From Methanobrevibacter sp. (GTDB taxonomy: Archaea > Methanobacteriota > Methanobacteria > Methanobacteriales > Methanobacteriaceae), in assembly GCF_017468685.1 (NCBI RefSeq), contig NZ_JAFUHT010000034.1:7221-71220 (forward strand): a DNA stretch of 64,000 nucleotides. The letters run 5' to 3'. Under the pieces are notes generated by a model. The model saw nothing but the letters and a program-made list of their open reading frames with translations. It had not been told where the DNA came from and searched no databases. A program made the translations under genes and the position numbers. This document shows positions 20,177 through 32,351 of the stretch, one piece after another (within the stretch, counting starts at the first letter, position 1; every line of letters starts with the position of its first letter).

Positions 20177-21694
20177 ATGGGATTATTTGACAGATTCAAA
20201 AAAAGCGACAATAAAAAAGAAAAACCAAAAAAAGAAAAAGTCATTCCTGATGATTTGGAAATTGATGAGGATCAATTGCTTTTAAAAGATATAGCAACAA
20301 ACAGTAAGGACAGATATGAAAGGGCAGCTGCAGCTGACCAAATAACAGACCAGTATGTTGCTTTGGATTTATCAAAAAATATCAAGGACCGTGCAATAAG
20401 ATTGATTGCAATCAACAAGGTCAAAGATGAAAGATTGCTTCGTGATGCGGCAGAAAATTCACAGTTTTTTGATGTTAGAAGCTTTGCATGGGAAAGGCTT
20501 GGTGAAAATAACAAATCAATTGCTGAAGTTGTAATAAACACAAAAAAGAATCCTCAGGTAGATGAAATCTTTGAAAAGGTAGTGGATGAGGAGACCCTTT
20601 CATGGATTGCACAGGATGCACAGGATAAAAGATATAGAAACAGTGCAGTTGAAAAAATTGAAAATTCCGACGTATTGTATGATTTGGTCTTTAAAGCGAA
20701 TGATAATTCAATTAGAAAAGCATGTGTCAATAAAAATTCTTTTATCAGTGAAGATATTCTTCAGAAAGTCGCAATTGAAGATAAGGATGAGCAAGTAAAA
20801 ATGGCTGCAGTTAAAAAGATTAAAAATGAAGAAAATCTGGCGAATATTGCTCTAACAGAAGATAATGCAAAAATCAGGGCGATGATTTTCGATAAAATTG
20901 GAAATATAGAAATTTTGCAGAATATTGCATTAAACTCCAAGAAAGCTGATGTAAGACTTGATTTGGTAAATAAACTTGAGGATGAAGATTTACTTAAAAA
21001 AATTGCATTAAATGATTTGGATAAGATTGTCAGAAGCGAAGCTGTTAAAAAAATCACCGATGAGGCTGTATTATTGGAAGTTATTAACAACGATGATGAT
21101 CGTTTTGTCCGCCAAATTGCAGTAAAAAATATAACTGATCCTAAGGATTTAATCAAAATCGCTCTTGAAGATGAAGATCAGTTTGTCCGAACTCATGCAA
21201 TTACAAATCCTTCAATAGAAAATGAAGATGATTTTAAATATCTTGCGATTAATTCAACCCATGAGGATGTTGCAAATGAAGCATTAACTCATATAACTGA
21301 TGAGAACAACTTCATTGATATTTTAAAGAATGCTAAAATCACATCAATTAGGCATGCAACTTTAGACAACATTGATGATTTGGAAACATTGATTCGTATC
21401 GTTCTGGCTAATGAGGATGAAGAATTTTCACTTAAGGCATTGAATAAGATTAAAGTTGAAAAATGCTTGTTTAAAATCTATGAACAGGGAATTTCCGAAA
21501 ACATATCTGTCCGTGCGGTTTCCTTAATCAAAAATCAGAAGATGCTGACTGATGTTGCAAAAAACTCATCTGAATGGAGAGTTCGTGAAGTGGCGGTTAA
21601 AAAAATAGTTAGTAAAAAAATCCTTAAAGAAATTTCTCTAAATGATGAAAATGAATATGTAAGGGAAGTTGCCAAAAAGAGAATTAATTTATAA
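20177..21694 (+). CDS. HEAT-like helical repeat protein
   Basis: Many roughly 24-aa repeats of the form VRxxAVxxIxDExxLxxIA. Confidence 0.75.
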   Translation: MGLFDRFKKSDNKKEKPKKEKVIPDDLEIDEDQLLLKDIATNSKDRYERAAAADQITDQYVALDLSKNIKDRAIRLIAINKVKDERLLRDAAENSQFFDVRSFAWERLGENNKSIAEVVINTKKNPQVDEIFEKVVDEETLSWIAQDAQDKRYRNSAVEKIENSDVLYDLVFKANDNSIRKACVNKNSFISEDILQKVAIEDKDEQVKMAAVKKIKNEENLANIALTEDNAKIRAMIFDKIGNIEILQNIALNSKKADVRLDLVNKLEDEDLLKKIALNDLDKIVRSEAVKKITDEAVLLEVINNDDDRFVRQIAVKNITDPKDLIKIALEDEDQFVRTHAITNPSIENEDDFKYLAINSTHEDVANEALTHITDENNFIDILKNAKITSIRHATLDNIDDLETLIRIVLANEDEEFSLKALNKIKVEKCLFKIYEQGISENISVRAVSLIKNQKMLTDVAKNSSEWRVREVAVKKIVSKKILKEISLNDENEYVREVAKKRINL

Positions 21695-21743
21695 TTAATA
21701 ATTTTTAAATATCATTAAGATAATAAAATAATTTGGTGATACG

Positions 21744-22772
21744 ATGGAATTAATGAGAGAGCTATCTTTAGCACCAGGTGTATCTGGTTCAGAAGAGGAA
21801 ATAGCTAAAATTATTACACGTGAATTAAAAGATGTGGCTGATAAAATCGAAACAGACAGTATGGGAAACTTAATTGCAACTAAAAAAGGTCAAAAAAAGG
21901 CTCCTACTGTAATGTTAGCAGCTCACATGGATGAAATCGGTTTGATGGTCAGATATATTGATGATAACGGATTTATTAACTTTTCAACAATCGGTGGAAT
22001 CAACGATCAAATGTTAATGAACCAAACTGTAACAATTCACTCTTCAATTGGAGAACCTGTTGTTGGTGTTATCGGTTCAAAACCACCTCATGTAACAACT
22101 CCTGAAGAAAGAAACAAGGTTGTTAAAGCTAAAGACATGTTTATTGATATTGGAGCAAAAGACAAAGAAGAAGCAGAAAAAATGGTCAGAGTCGGAGACA
22201 AAATGACCTTCAACGCACTCTTTGAAGAATATCCAAATAAAAGAATCATGGGTAAAGCATTAGACAATCGTGTAGGTTGTTATGTAATGATGGAAGTATT
22301 AAAAAGAGTAGATACCAGAGCAACCGTTTATGGTGTAGGTACTGTACAGGAAGAAGTCGGCCTTAAAGGAGCTAAAACTTCTGCATTTAAATTAAACCCT
22401 GATTTGGCAATAGCATTGGATGTTACTTTATCTGGTGACCATCCTGGAATTAAACCGGATGAGGCGCCTGTGGTAATGGGCAAAGGTCCTGCTATAATTT
22501 TAGCTGATGCAAGCGGAAGAGGTATCTTGACTCAACAATCAGTTAAAGACATGCTTATTAAAGCGGGTGACGATAATGAAATTCCATATCAGTTAGAAGT
22601 TAGTGATGGTGGAACCACAGACGGTACTGCAATTCACTTGACTCGTGAAGGAATTCCTACCGGTGTTTTATCTGTTCCTACCCGTTACATACACACTCCA
22701 GTAAGTGTATGCAGTATGGAAGATATTGAATATACTATTCAATTAATTACTGAAGCTATAAATGAATTATAG
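21744..22772 (+). CDS. M42 family metallo-aminopeptidase
   Basis: [29 protein letters not shown]. Confidence 0.92.
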   Translation: MELMRELSLAPGVSGSEEEIAKIITRELKDVADKIETDSMGNLIATKKGQKKAPTVMLAAHMDEIGLMVRYIDDNGFINFSTIGGINDQMLMNQTVTIHSSIGEPVVGVIGSKPPHVTTPEERNKVVKAKDMFIDIGAKDKEEAEKMVRVGDKMTFNALFEEYPNKRIMGKALDNRVGCYVMMEVLKRVDTRATVYGVGTVQEEVGLKGAKTSAFKLNPDLAIALDVTLSGDHPGIKPDEAPVVMGKGPAIILADASGRGILTQQSVKDMLIKAGDDNEIPYQLEVSDGGTTDGTAIHLTREGIPTGVLSVPTRYIHTPVSVCSMEDIEYTIQLITEAINEL

Positions 22773-22789
22773 CTTTTCTTTTTTTCTTT

Positions 22790-23275
22790 TTATTTGAATC
22801 TGTCATCAGATTTTTGTGATTTTGCTTTTTTATGATTGTTTTCAAACCATCCTATTTTTAACTCATCAATTGTGTCTTCGTATAATTGAGGTACATATGG
22901 TTTGATGTCAAGTAATGGTGTTCCGTCCAGGATGTCAACATTTTCAATGTAGATCTTATTATCTTCCACTTTGTTGACTTTACATACACTCATTCCGATG
23001 CGGTTTGGCCTTTTGGGTGATCTTGTTGCAAATACTCCGTGGGTGGTGTTGTCCATGAACGGCTTTACCTCAAGCATATAGCCGTCTACCTTGTGAAGCA
23101 GATATATTAAATGAATATGTGAAAAACCGTCTAGGTCTTTTAGACCCTCGGCATATTTTTCTTTTATTTCTATGGTTCCTTCAATTCCTTTTGCTCCTGT
23201 TGGTTGAATAGGCATTCCTTCTATTTCTGTAAACTGTGTATGTATTGTACCGATTGATTCTAATTCAATATTCAT
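22790..23275 (-). CDS. tsaA: tRNA t6A37 N6-methyltransferase TrmO/TsaA family
   Basis: GVFATRSPKRPN, DGTPLLDIKPY. Confidence 0.9.
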   Translation of the reverse strand: MNIELESIGTIHTQFTEIEGMPIQPTGAKGIEGTIEIKEKYAEGLKDLDGFSHIHLIYLLHKVDGYMLEVKPFMDNTTHGVFATRSPKRPNRIGMSVCKVNKVEDNKIYIENVDILDGTPLLDIKPYVPQLYEDTIDELKIGWFENNHKKAKSQKSDDRFK

Positions 23276-23408
23276 GGTTATTATATTCGTTTTAATACTT
23301 ATTAAATTATAGCATTTATTCGATATATAACATTTTCGGTAATCGATTTAAAAATCCTTTAATTGCTAAAAAACGAAACATTTATATACAATTCGATACA
23401 AGATAATA

Positions 23409-23642
23409 ATGTCAAAACATATTGAGGTGAAAATGATGGAACTTAGTGCAAGAAATCAATTGAATGGTAAAATTACTAATGTCGAACTTGGAGCTGTCAT
23501 GGCTAACATTAAAATAGAAATTTCAGAACCTAACACTATTACAGCTGTTATTACTAAAGAGTCTGCTGAAAAATTAGGTTTAGCTGAAGGCGATGATGTA
23601 TGTGCAATCATCAAGTCTACTGAAGTAATTATAGGTAAATAG
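23409..23642 (+). CDS. TOBE/Mop molybdate-tungstate binding protein, copy 1 (true start probably 23433 or 23436)
   Basis: SARNQL.G, ITKES...LGL, IKST.V. Confidence 0.9.
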   Translation: MSKHIEVKMMELSARNQLNGKITNVELGAVMANIKIEISEPNTITAVITKESAEKLGLAEGDDVCAIIKSTEVIIGK

Positions 23643-23650
23643 GTGAGAAT

Positions 23651-23857
23651 ATGCAGTTAAGTGCAAGAAATCAATTAGAAGGAAAAGTAGTAAGTGTAGA
23701 CAAAGGTGCCGTAATGGCAAACATTAAAATCGAAATCACTAATCCTGATGTAATCACTGCAGTCATTACTAAAGAGTCTGCTGAAAAATTAGGTTTAGCT
23801 GAAGGCGATGACGTTACTGCAATTATCAAATCAACTGAAGTAATTGTTGGTAAATAA
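23651..23857 (+). CDS. TOBE/Mop molybdate-tungstate binding protein, copy 2
   Basis: Same motifs; tandem paralog. Confidence 0.9.
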   Translation: MQLSARNQLEGKVVSVDKGAVMANIKIEITNPDVITAVITKESAEKLGLAEGDDVTAIIKSTEVIVGK

Positions 23858-24034
23858 AAAGACTATTTTTTGGGGTTTAATTGAATAATAGGATTAAAAT
23901 CCTAATATTCCTAATACTATTGATATTAAAAATAAGATTACAGCTATTTTTAGAATTGTTTTTAAGTGTTTAACGATAGCATAGACAATTATAAACAATA
24001 ATAATAATTTAAAAATAAAAAGAAGGGTCAAAGT

Positions 24035-24472
24035 TTATCCTCCTGCAAGGATTGTTTTTGTACCCTCATTGGAAATTTCTTCTTTTTTAAATTCAACTTC
24101 GTATTTTACAGTTTCAATAACTTCTTTTAGTGCATCGAGTGTTTCTGAACGGTGTGCTCCTAAAACTGCAACTAAGAATAACATATCTCCAGTGTAGAAC
24201 TCACCGACATAGTGAATCACTGATATTTCATGAACATTATATTTGATTTTTGCGTTTTCAACTATTTTTTCGATTTCTTCCTGGGTTTTTTGTTTGTCTG
24301 GAGTGCTTAATATTAATTTTTGAAGGTTCATATTTTCTTCTTTTCCACGTACAATCCCTTCAAATGTAAATATTGCACCAGAGTAATCTATTTTTGTACT
24401 TTTTTTGATGTCAGCTATTAAATCAGCTGTTGTTATTTTATCTTCTTTTGCTTCAATGACTTTTACAACCAT
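24035..24472 (-). CDS. moaE: Molybdopterin synthase catalytic subunit
   Basis: GAIFTFEGIVR, AHR, KKE. Confidence 0.85.
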   Translation of the reverse strand: MVVKVIEAKEDKITTADLIADIKKSTKIDYSGAIFTFEGIVRGKEENMNLQKLILSTPDKQKTQEEIEKIVENAKIKYNVHEISVIHYVGEFYTGDMLFLVAVLGAHRSETLDALKEVIETVKYEVEFKKEEISNEGTKTILAGG

Positions 24473-24508
24473 TGTTTCATCTCCATATTATAATTATAAC
24501 AAACACAT

Positions 24509-25772
<1,264 letters not shown>

Positions 25773-25875
25773 AAAATGACCTAATTTTCTTTTAATATAT
25801 TAAATATCTAACTAAACTTATATTAAAGACTTTTTACTAAAAATATATTAACAAAGATTATATGGAGTACTTTTA

Positions 25876-26544
25876 ATGGAAACTAAAAATATTATAATCA
25901 TTGCGGTGGCAATTGTGATAATTGCAGTTATTGGCGTTTTTGCCACTGGAATATTGAATAATGATAATACTAATGAAAATATGGAAACTACTCCATTTGA
26001 AACTGAATTCATGGATGGTAGTTTCGCAGGAAAGGTAAAGCTCGTAGACGATAAGGAAAAATTCATGCATTCCTACAGAGATAAGGCTAATAAGATTACA
26101 TATAACATCTCAACTGTTGATGATTCAGATGCACTGATGGATATATATTATCTGCAGGGTGTAATGAATCCTGAAAAACGTAATTTTAATGGTAATGATT
26201 GGAATATCTACTTTACTCAGGCTGTTGAGGGCAATGACACTGAGACTTCAAATGAAACTATGAATATTATCATCTGTCAATCACAGGCAGAAAAACAAGG
26301 ATATTTGATATACATGATTATTGATGCTGACTCAAAAGTGAATGCTACATTGAATACCTATGGTGAGTCCTACACAGACTTTGTAGAACCTTTACTTAAC
26401 AGTATCACTCTGAAAGAAAGTAAAAATGTTCCAAAAATCTATGAGGAATTCGGTTTAACTGAAGATCAGTTTGCAGAACAAATGGATTTAATCCAACAGG
26501 TAAAAGCAGGAAATCAATCTGCTATTCAACAAATTTCTGGATAA
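25876..26544 (+). CDS. Membrane-anchored exported hypothetical protein
   Basis: N-terminal TM helix, acidic body. Confidence 0.7.
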   Translation: METKNIIIIAVAIVIIAVIGVFATGILNNDNTNENMETTPFETEFMDGSFAGKVKLVDDKEKFMHSYRDKANKITYNISTVDDSDALMDIYYLQGVMNPEKRNFNGNDWNIYFTQAVEGNDTETSNETMNIIICQSQAEKQGYLIYMIIDADSKVNATLNTYGESYTDFVEPLLNSITLKESKNVPKIYEEFGLTEDQFAEQMDLIQQVKAGNQSAIQQISG

Positions 26545-26545
26545 A

Positions 26546-27061
26546 ATGAGAGTTACAGTTTTTCATGCAAATGAGTGTGATAAGAAAAAATGCACAGCTA
26601 TTAAATTGGCTAAAATGGGAAAATGCAAATTGGTAACAAATATCAATAAGATTCCATCAGGTGCAATCGTTCTAAACCCATATGCTGAAAAGGCTGTATC
26701 TTATGAAGACTACCGATATGTGCAAAGAAGAGGAGTTGTAGGACTTGACTGCTCATGGAATGAGGTGTCAAGTTCTAAAAAATTCTTTTCTCTGTCAAAA
26801 TACCATCGCTCACTTCCTTTTTTAATTGCGACCAATCCGGTAAATTATGGAAAGGCATGCATATTGTCCACAGTAGAGGCAATCAGTGCGACATTATATA
26901 TCACCCGTTTTAAGGATGAAGCTCGGGATTTAATGGATGGCTTTAAATGGGGTCATACGTTTTTAGAGTTGAATCATGACTTGCTTGAAGCATACAGTGA
27001 AGTGGATACCAGTGCCGAAGTCGTTAAAGTTCAAAATGAATTTTTAGAATCAAAAAAATAA
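26546..27061 (+). CDS. tsr3: 16S rRNA aminocarboxypropyltransferase Tsr3 (DUF367)
   Basis: ECDKKKCT, LDCSW, RSLPFLIATNPVNYG, LSTVEA, FKWG. Confidence 0.92.
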   Translation: MRVTVFHANECDKKKCTAIKLAKMGKCKLVTNINKIPSGAIVLNPYAEKAVSYEDYRYVQRRGVVGLDCSWNEVSSSKKFFSLSKYHRSLPFLIATNPVNYGKACILSTVEAISATLYITRFKDEARDLMDGFKWGHTFLELNHDLLEAYSEVDTSAEVVKVQNEFLESKK

Positions 27062-27139
27062 TCAGGTTCTTGTTGAAAGTTTCACATTTATCTCAGTTAT
27101 ATTATTTTTTAACAAATGATTAACTGTAGGTGAATTTAA

Positions 27140-27464
27140 ATGAATGGAAAACTAATTTTCTTTTTACTAATTTTTGTAAGCATCTGTGCAATTTCACATA
27201 TCAGTACAGAAGAAATCGCTGACAACTCAACAGGAGATTTGATAGCATCGGATGGTACTGATGAAGTGATAATTGAAAGTCCGCAGGTGTTAAAGTGTGA
27301 CAGGTTTTGAACAAACAAGATGTCGCTGGCAAACACAAGATTAAAATCTTGCCTTTAAGCATAAAATATGTGGCTGGAAGTTCCGGCCAAGTGGTGTTAT
27401 TAATGTTGTGGATCTAGTGGTGGAGGCTACAGTGACTTTTGGTTTTAGTTATGTTGAGATTTAA
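27140..27464 (+). pseudogene. Decayed adhesin-like gene remnant
   Basis: GGTGA RBS, signal peptide MNGKLIFFLLIFVSICAISH, stop at 27308-27310, then short beta-rich fragments in shifting frames. Confidence 0.5.
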
Positions 27465-27630
27465 TATATTTTAAATCTCTTCTTTTTATTTTTTTATATG
27501 CACTTTTTCTTATTTTAACCAATTTTAACTAAACCTTTAAATACTATTAAATTAAAATAATTAATTAATAGTTATGTATTCATAACAATTAGTTTTATTA
27601 GTTTTTCATGATTATAAGGAGGAGTTATTA

Positions 27631-27777
27631 ATGGCAAGATTTGAAGAAGCAGAAAACAGAATGTTCAATGTAAAAATCTGCTTAAAATGTAATGCTCGTA
27701 ACCCTGCTGGTGCTACAACTTGTAGAAAATGCGGTTACAAAGGTTTAAGATTTAAAGCAAAAGAACAAAGAGGATAA
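27631..27777 (+). CDS. rpl40e: 50S ribosomal protein L40e (missed by the ORF track)
   Basis: [48 protein letters not shown]; GGAGG RBS. Confidence 0.97.
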   Translation: MARFEEAENRMFNVKICLKCNARNPAGATTCRKCGYKGLRFKAKEQRG

Positions 27778-27856
27778 TTTTATTCTCTTTTATTTTACTA
27801 TTTTTTTTATAAACAATTAAATATTATTTTTAACAAAACTATTTTTAGGTATTCTT

Positions 27857-28609
27857 ATGAAAGACGTAGAAAATTATATCAGAGAAATTTTAAAAACACG
27901 TAAACTTCATTTTACTTTAATTGATCCTGACGAACAGACACCTGAAGAAGCTTTAAAAATTGCTACTCAAGCTATTGAAGGTGGAACTGATGGTATTATG
28001 ATTGGAGGATCCACTGTCAATGGTGATGATGTTGACAATACCTGTAAAATATTGTCTGAAAACATTGCAGTGCCTATTATCATTTTCCCTGGAAACACCA
28101 GCAGCGTAAGCAAATATGCTGACGGAATATTCTATATGAGTTATGTTAACTCTACAAACCCATATTGGATTAACGGTGCACAGGCTCTTGCAGCTCCTGC
28201 TGTTAAGGCATCTGGAATTGAAATTTTATCAATGGCTTATATGGTTGCAGAACCTGGTGGAACTGTCGGTTGGGTTGGAGACGCTAAACTGGTACCTAGA
28301 AATAAGCCGAAAATACCTGCAATTTATGCAATGTCTGCTGAAATGTTCGGTATGAAATTCTTCTACCTTGAAGCAGGTTCCGGTGCGGATAAACCTATTC
28401 CTCCTGAAATGGTTGCATATTCCAAAAAAGCAACTGAAAATATGAGTATTGTTGTGGGTGGAGGAATCCGTGATGGCAAGGCTGCTTATATGGCTGCAAA
28501 AGCAGGTGGGGACATCATTGTAACCGGTACTGTCGTTGAAGAAGTAGATGATGTTCAAGCTAAAATTCAAGAATTAACTGGAGCTATCCTTAAGGCTTCA
28601 AAAGAGTAG
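27857..28609 (+). CDS. Geranylgeranylglyceryl phosphate synthase
   Basis: FTLIDPD, IGGS, FPGN, YLEAGSGA, VGGGIR, VTGT. Confidence 0.93.
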   Translation: MKDVENYIREILKTRKLHFTLIDPDEQTPEEALKIATQAIEGGTDGIMIGGSTVNGDDVDNTCKILSENIAVPIIIFPGNTSSVSKYADGIFYMSYVNSTNPYWINGAQALAAPAVKASGIEILSMAYMVAEPGGTVGWVGDAKLVPRNKPKIPAIYAMSAEMFGMKFFYLEAGSGADKPIPPEMVAYSKKATENMSIVVGGGIRDGKAAYMAAKAGGDIIVTGTVVEEVDDVQAKIQELTGAILKASKE

Positions 28610-28635
28610 TTTTTTCTGCTCTTAAACTTTTTTTT

Positions 28636-28656
28636 ATTACTTTTCAAATGCTCTCT
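28636..28656 (+). promoter_or_regulatory. 21-bp repair-gene box upstream of nurA
   Basis: ATTACTTTTCAAATGCTCTCT, 7 nt before TTTAAATA. Confidence 0.75.
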
Positions 28657-28733
28657 CGTTTGATTTAAATATTATCAAGACTAATATATGATTAGCATTT
28701 ATTATTGCCCACTAGGGCATTTTTTAAATTAAT

Positions 28734-29825
28734 GTGTTTAATAAGAGTGATATTATGTTAAATTCATTATATGAAAAAGCCATCGCTAAAAGAGGATTTA
28801 TCCGTGAAGTCGCTCCTGAAAAGGATATTGATTCGCAACTGGAGTATAAATGGTTTGAAAGACCAATTGGTGAAAGTACGAAGGAATTTTCCATTGCAGC
28901 CGGAGACGGTAGTTTCAACAAAAAGAAATTTCTGACAACCAACTTCTGTGCGGTAGGTGCAGAATCAATCATATATGATGGTGAAATTAAAAAGATAGAT
29001 GATTCAGATATTTTCGATATATCACATGTAACTTTTCTTGATGAACTTTTGAGTACATATATGGCAATATATGAACTGAAATGTGGCCTGAGGGCTATTA
29101 AGGAATACGGTGCTGACTATTACATGTTTGACGGTTCAATTTTAGGAGACTTGCAGAACGCTTTTCCAAGAGGGGCAAAGCTGCCTATTAAACTTAAGGA
29201 TAATTTGGATGATTCTCTTCTTGCGGAATTTGAAAGGAGATTGAGCGTTCGAAAATATGGGCTGGTTTTTCCAGAACTCAGGGATTCATTGAAACTGATG
29301 GAACTTCCAAAAGAGGATGTAAACAAAACCGAAGAGTATAATCTTCATTTGGCTGCTGTTGAGAAAATTATTCTATTAAAGGAGATTTTGCAGTTTAGAA
29401 AAAGAATAATTTCAATTTCCAAAACCTCTTCGGACAATGAGCTGTTCAATTGGAATATTCCGGACATTGCATTTCTTGACAAGTTCACCAAAAAGCAGGG
29501 AATGACAATTATAAAGTATAGGAATGTTCACGAGAATGCTCCTTTTCAATATTTCAATGATTTCTTTAAAAGCTTGACTTTTACCGTATTTTATGTACGT
29601 CTGCAGGATAATAAGAATGTGCTGAAAGTGGAATTGCCGTATAAGGCAACAAAAGAAGAGGTATTTGAGATTATACGTAAGATTAATGTGCTGTCTGTTC
29701 AGGGTTATCCTTATCTTTTAAACAAGGCCCATAATGATGTGGTGATAACCGGCGGGAACATGAAGGAACTGATGAAAATAGCTAAGATTTACGAGACAAC
29801 AAACAGGGAAGTGATGTCATGGTAG
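28734..29825 (+). CDS. nurA: NurA 5'-3' nuclease
   Basis: AGDGS, MFDGS, SISKTS, GYPYLLNKAHNDV; coupled to herA. Confidence 0.92.
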   Translation: MFNKSDIMLNSLYEKAIAKRGFIREVAPEKDIDSQLEYKWFERPIGESTKEFSIAAGDGSFNKKKFLTTNFCAVGAESIIYDGEIKKIDDSDIFDISHVTFLDELLSTYMAIYELKCGLRAIKEYGADYYMFDGSILGDLQNAFPRGAKLPIKLKDNLDDSLLAEFERRLSVRKYGLVFPELRDSLKLMELPKEDVNKTEEYNLHLAAVEKIILLKEILQFRKRIISISKTSSDNELFNWNIPDIAFLDKFTKKQGMTIIKYRNVHENAPFQYFNDFFKSLTFTVFYVRLQDNKNVLKVELPYKATKEEVFEIIRKINVLSVQGYPYLLNKAHNDVVITGGNMKELMKIAKIYETTNREVMSW

Positions 29826-31321
29826 TGGGAATCTGTGTAGGAGAAACTAATTTAAATGAAGTAACATTTATTTCTGATAAAATGCCACAAGTTGGTCAAT
29901 ATGTCACAATAGAATATGACGGTAAAAAAGTATTGGGTATGGTTGAAAATCTGGTGAGAGGAAACGATGCGTTGAATGTTGACATCAACGACTTCAAGGC
30001 AATCCAGAAAATCTCAAAAATAGGTGTTGAGGACAACTACATCCGTGGTAAAGTCAAAATCCTTGGAGATGTAAACGATAACCTTAAACTGCCAAGAACA
30101 CCTGTGCTTCCAGGAACAGAAATTCAGCATGCTGATGCAGAAATCCTAAATGAAATATTTAAGGTTACAAATCCTATCAAACTGGGAACATTGGTTAATC
30201 AAAGCGATGTGGATGTAAATGTTGATGCAAATCCGATTCTTTCAAGGCATTTGGCAATTCTTGCAATGACTGGAGCAGGTAAATCAAACACAGTATCAGT
30301 ACTGATAGATCAGCTGCTCGGATATAATGTGCCTGTATTCGTATTTGACATGCATGGCGAGTACAAGGGAGCGGAATTTCCAAATGGTGACGTGAATGTC
30401 ATCAAACCGAAAATAAATCCAACATACATGTCATTTCTGGAGATAAAAAAGCTTGTAAACATTCCAACAAATGCATATCTTCAGGAACGCTACTTCAGAA
30501 AAGCATTCAAGGAAGCTAAAAAGAAAGTAGAGGATGGAACAGCCCATGAAAAAAATTTCTTGCAGTTAATGTATGATATTTTAGAGTTTGAATCAATGGA
30601 AGAAGGCTCAGATAAAAGAATCGTTGATGTAATGAACAAGATTGACGATTCAATGGACAAGTACTCCAATCTCTTCGACCAGTACACCGGAAATATTTTA
30701 ACCAGCATTAAAAAAGCTCATGTCAATGTATTGGATTTAAGTCAAGTTGATGAGTCAGTTGCAAGTGTGCTTGTAAGTCATATACTTAGAAATTCTTTGA
30801 AACGTTCCAAAAATGCAGCTCATAGTGGAAACAAAGATGAATTGCTTGACAACTCAGTATTCTATATTTTAGAGGAAGCACACATTCTAGCTCCAAACAA
30901 ACGTGACAGCGATTCTAAACGATGGATTCAAAGAGTTGCAAGAGAAGGCCGTAAATTCGGTCTTGGTTTATGCTTGGTAAGCCAATCTCCAAAAACTGTA
31001 GACCATGATGCCCTCTCTCAGATGAACAATATGATAATATTAAGACTTGTCGAGCCTGAAGACCAGAGACACGTACAGTCAGCAAGTGAAAGCCTGTCAC
31101 AGGACCTGGTAAATCAATTGCCTTCACTCAACGTCGGTGAAGCCATTGTTTTGGGTTTGATGAGCAAAGTTCCTACTCTTGTTAAAATAGACAAGTTTAA
31201 GGGTCGTACTCACGGTGATGACATGGATATTGTATCTTATTTTAAAGATTCAATAAAAAGGGAAGCCGAAGAGATTGAAAGGCAAGAAGATGAACTTATG
31301 GATATGGGATATGAGTATTAA
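29819..31321 (+). CDS. herA: HerA bipolar helicase/ATPase
   Basis: N-terminal HAS barrel, RHLAILAMTGAGKS, FDMHGEY, EEAH, AREGRKFG, SQSP. Confidence 0.93.
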   Translation: MVVGICVGETNLNEVTFISDKMPQVGQYVTIEYDGKKVLGMVENLVRGNDALNVDINDFKAIQKISKIGVEDNYIRGKVKILGDVNDNLKLPRTPVLPGTEIQHADAEILNEIFKVTNPIKLGTLVNQSDVDVNVDANPILSRHLAILAMTGAGKSNTVSVLIDQLLGYNVPVFVFDMHGEYKGAEFPNGDVNVIKPKINPTYMSFLEIKKLVNIPTNAYLQERYFRKAFKEAKKKVEDGTAHEKNFLQLMYDILEFESMEEGSDKRIVDVMNKIDDSMDKYSNLFDQYTGNILTSIKKAHVNVLDLSQVDESVASVLVSHILRNSLKRSKNAAHSGNKDELLDNSVFYILEEAHILAPNKRDSDSKRWIQRVAREGRKFGLGLCLVSQSPKTVDHDALSQMNNMIILRLVEPEDQRHVQSASESLSQDLVNQLPSLNVGEAIVLGLMSKVPTLVKIDKFKGRTHGDDMDIVSYFKDSIKREAEEIERQEDELMDMGYEY

Positions 31322-31489
31322 TATTCCATTTTATTTTTTTTAAAAAATTGTTTTAAACTTATAAAATTGATATAACTCTTTTAAATCGCTTTAATTTATA
31401 ACTGAACGATTTATATATCTTAAAATTTAATATCATACTGCTTAAGCAAAGATATTGGTCAATATCAAAAAATTGGTATATGGTTCATT

Positions 31490-32351
31490 ATGCAGGTTAG
31501 CACATATCATGCCGCTGACAAAGCTAACAAGTTCATATACAAACGTTTGGGCATTAAATTTCATAGATATCTTTACCAAGAAGGAAATGAAATTGAATTC
31601 ATTGATACTGAGATTCCGGAAACTGGCCAACTACGGGACATGACTGTCAAGGTCGATGATGATCATATTCGCATTACAGAATTCATGTCTGCTGCTTTAA
31701 ATGAAGATAAACTGTCTGCCATGTATGATTATCATGAATCCATTCGATGTGATGTAAACTATCAAGGTTATGGTGTTAAAAGTGGAGTGTTTAGTTTCGC
31801 TAATCCTAATCATGGAAAACGTCAAATTATTGTGGATGATAATATCATTTTCCAACCAGAAATCATATTTACAAAAAATAGGGATGGATGGGAAGTTTTA
31901 AATAGATTAATCTACAAAGTGATTACACAAGAAGAATTGTCTGATGATGAAGCAATTGATTTGTTGATGTTGCCAGATATGGAGATAGAATTACCAAAAA
32001 AAGTACTTATGAGGGTTATTTGCTTTTTAATTAGTAATTCTATCATCTCAGATTTAAATTTCAAAAATGACTTGAAAGACTGTTTAATTCAAGTGCTCAA
32101 AAGATTTTTTGAAAAAAAAAGAATTGTCAGAAATGGTGGAAATGTTAAAACTTGAATCTGAAAATCCAGAAAGAATGCGTATTATTGAAAAATATGGTCA
32201 AGGATATGATTTGATATATTTTGATGGAAAATATGATGCTAAAATTGAAATTGCTAGAAATGGTATTCTTAAAGGTTTAGATTTGAATATTATTTCTGCT
32301 TTAACTGGTTTTTCTATTGAATATCTCAAAGAAATTAAAAAAGACATTTAA
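31490..32351 (+). pseudogene. Rpn/YhgA-like PD-(D/E)XK nuclease gene, frameshifted at an A9 tract
   Basis: RD.TV..DD..I.ITEFMS core; C-terminus KIEIARN...GLDLNIISALTGFSIE typical of Rpn tails; removing one A at 32112-32120 fuses the two ORFs. Confidence 0.6.

Noticed and set aside
28706-28719. TGCCC-ACTA-GGGCA hairpin in the nurA leader
   Set aside because: Only 5 bp and not repeated at the other repair promoters.
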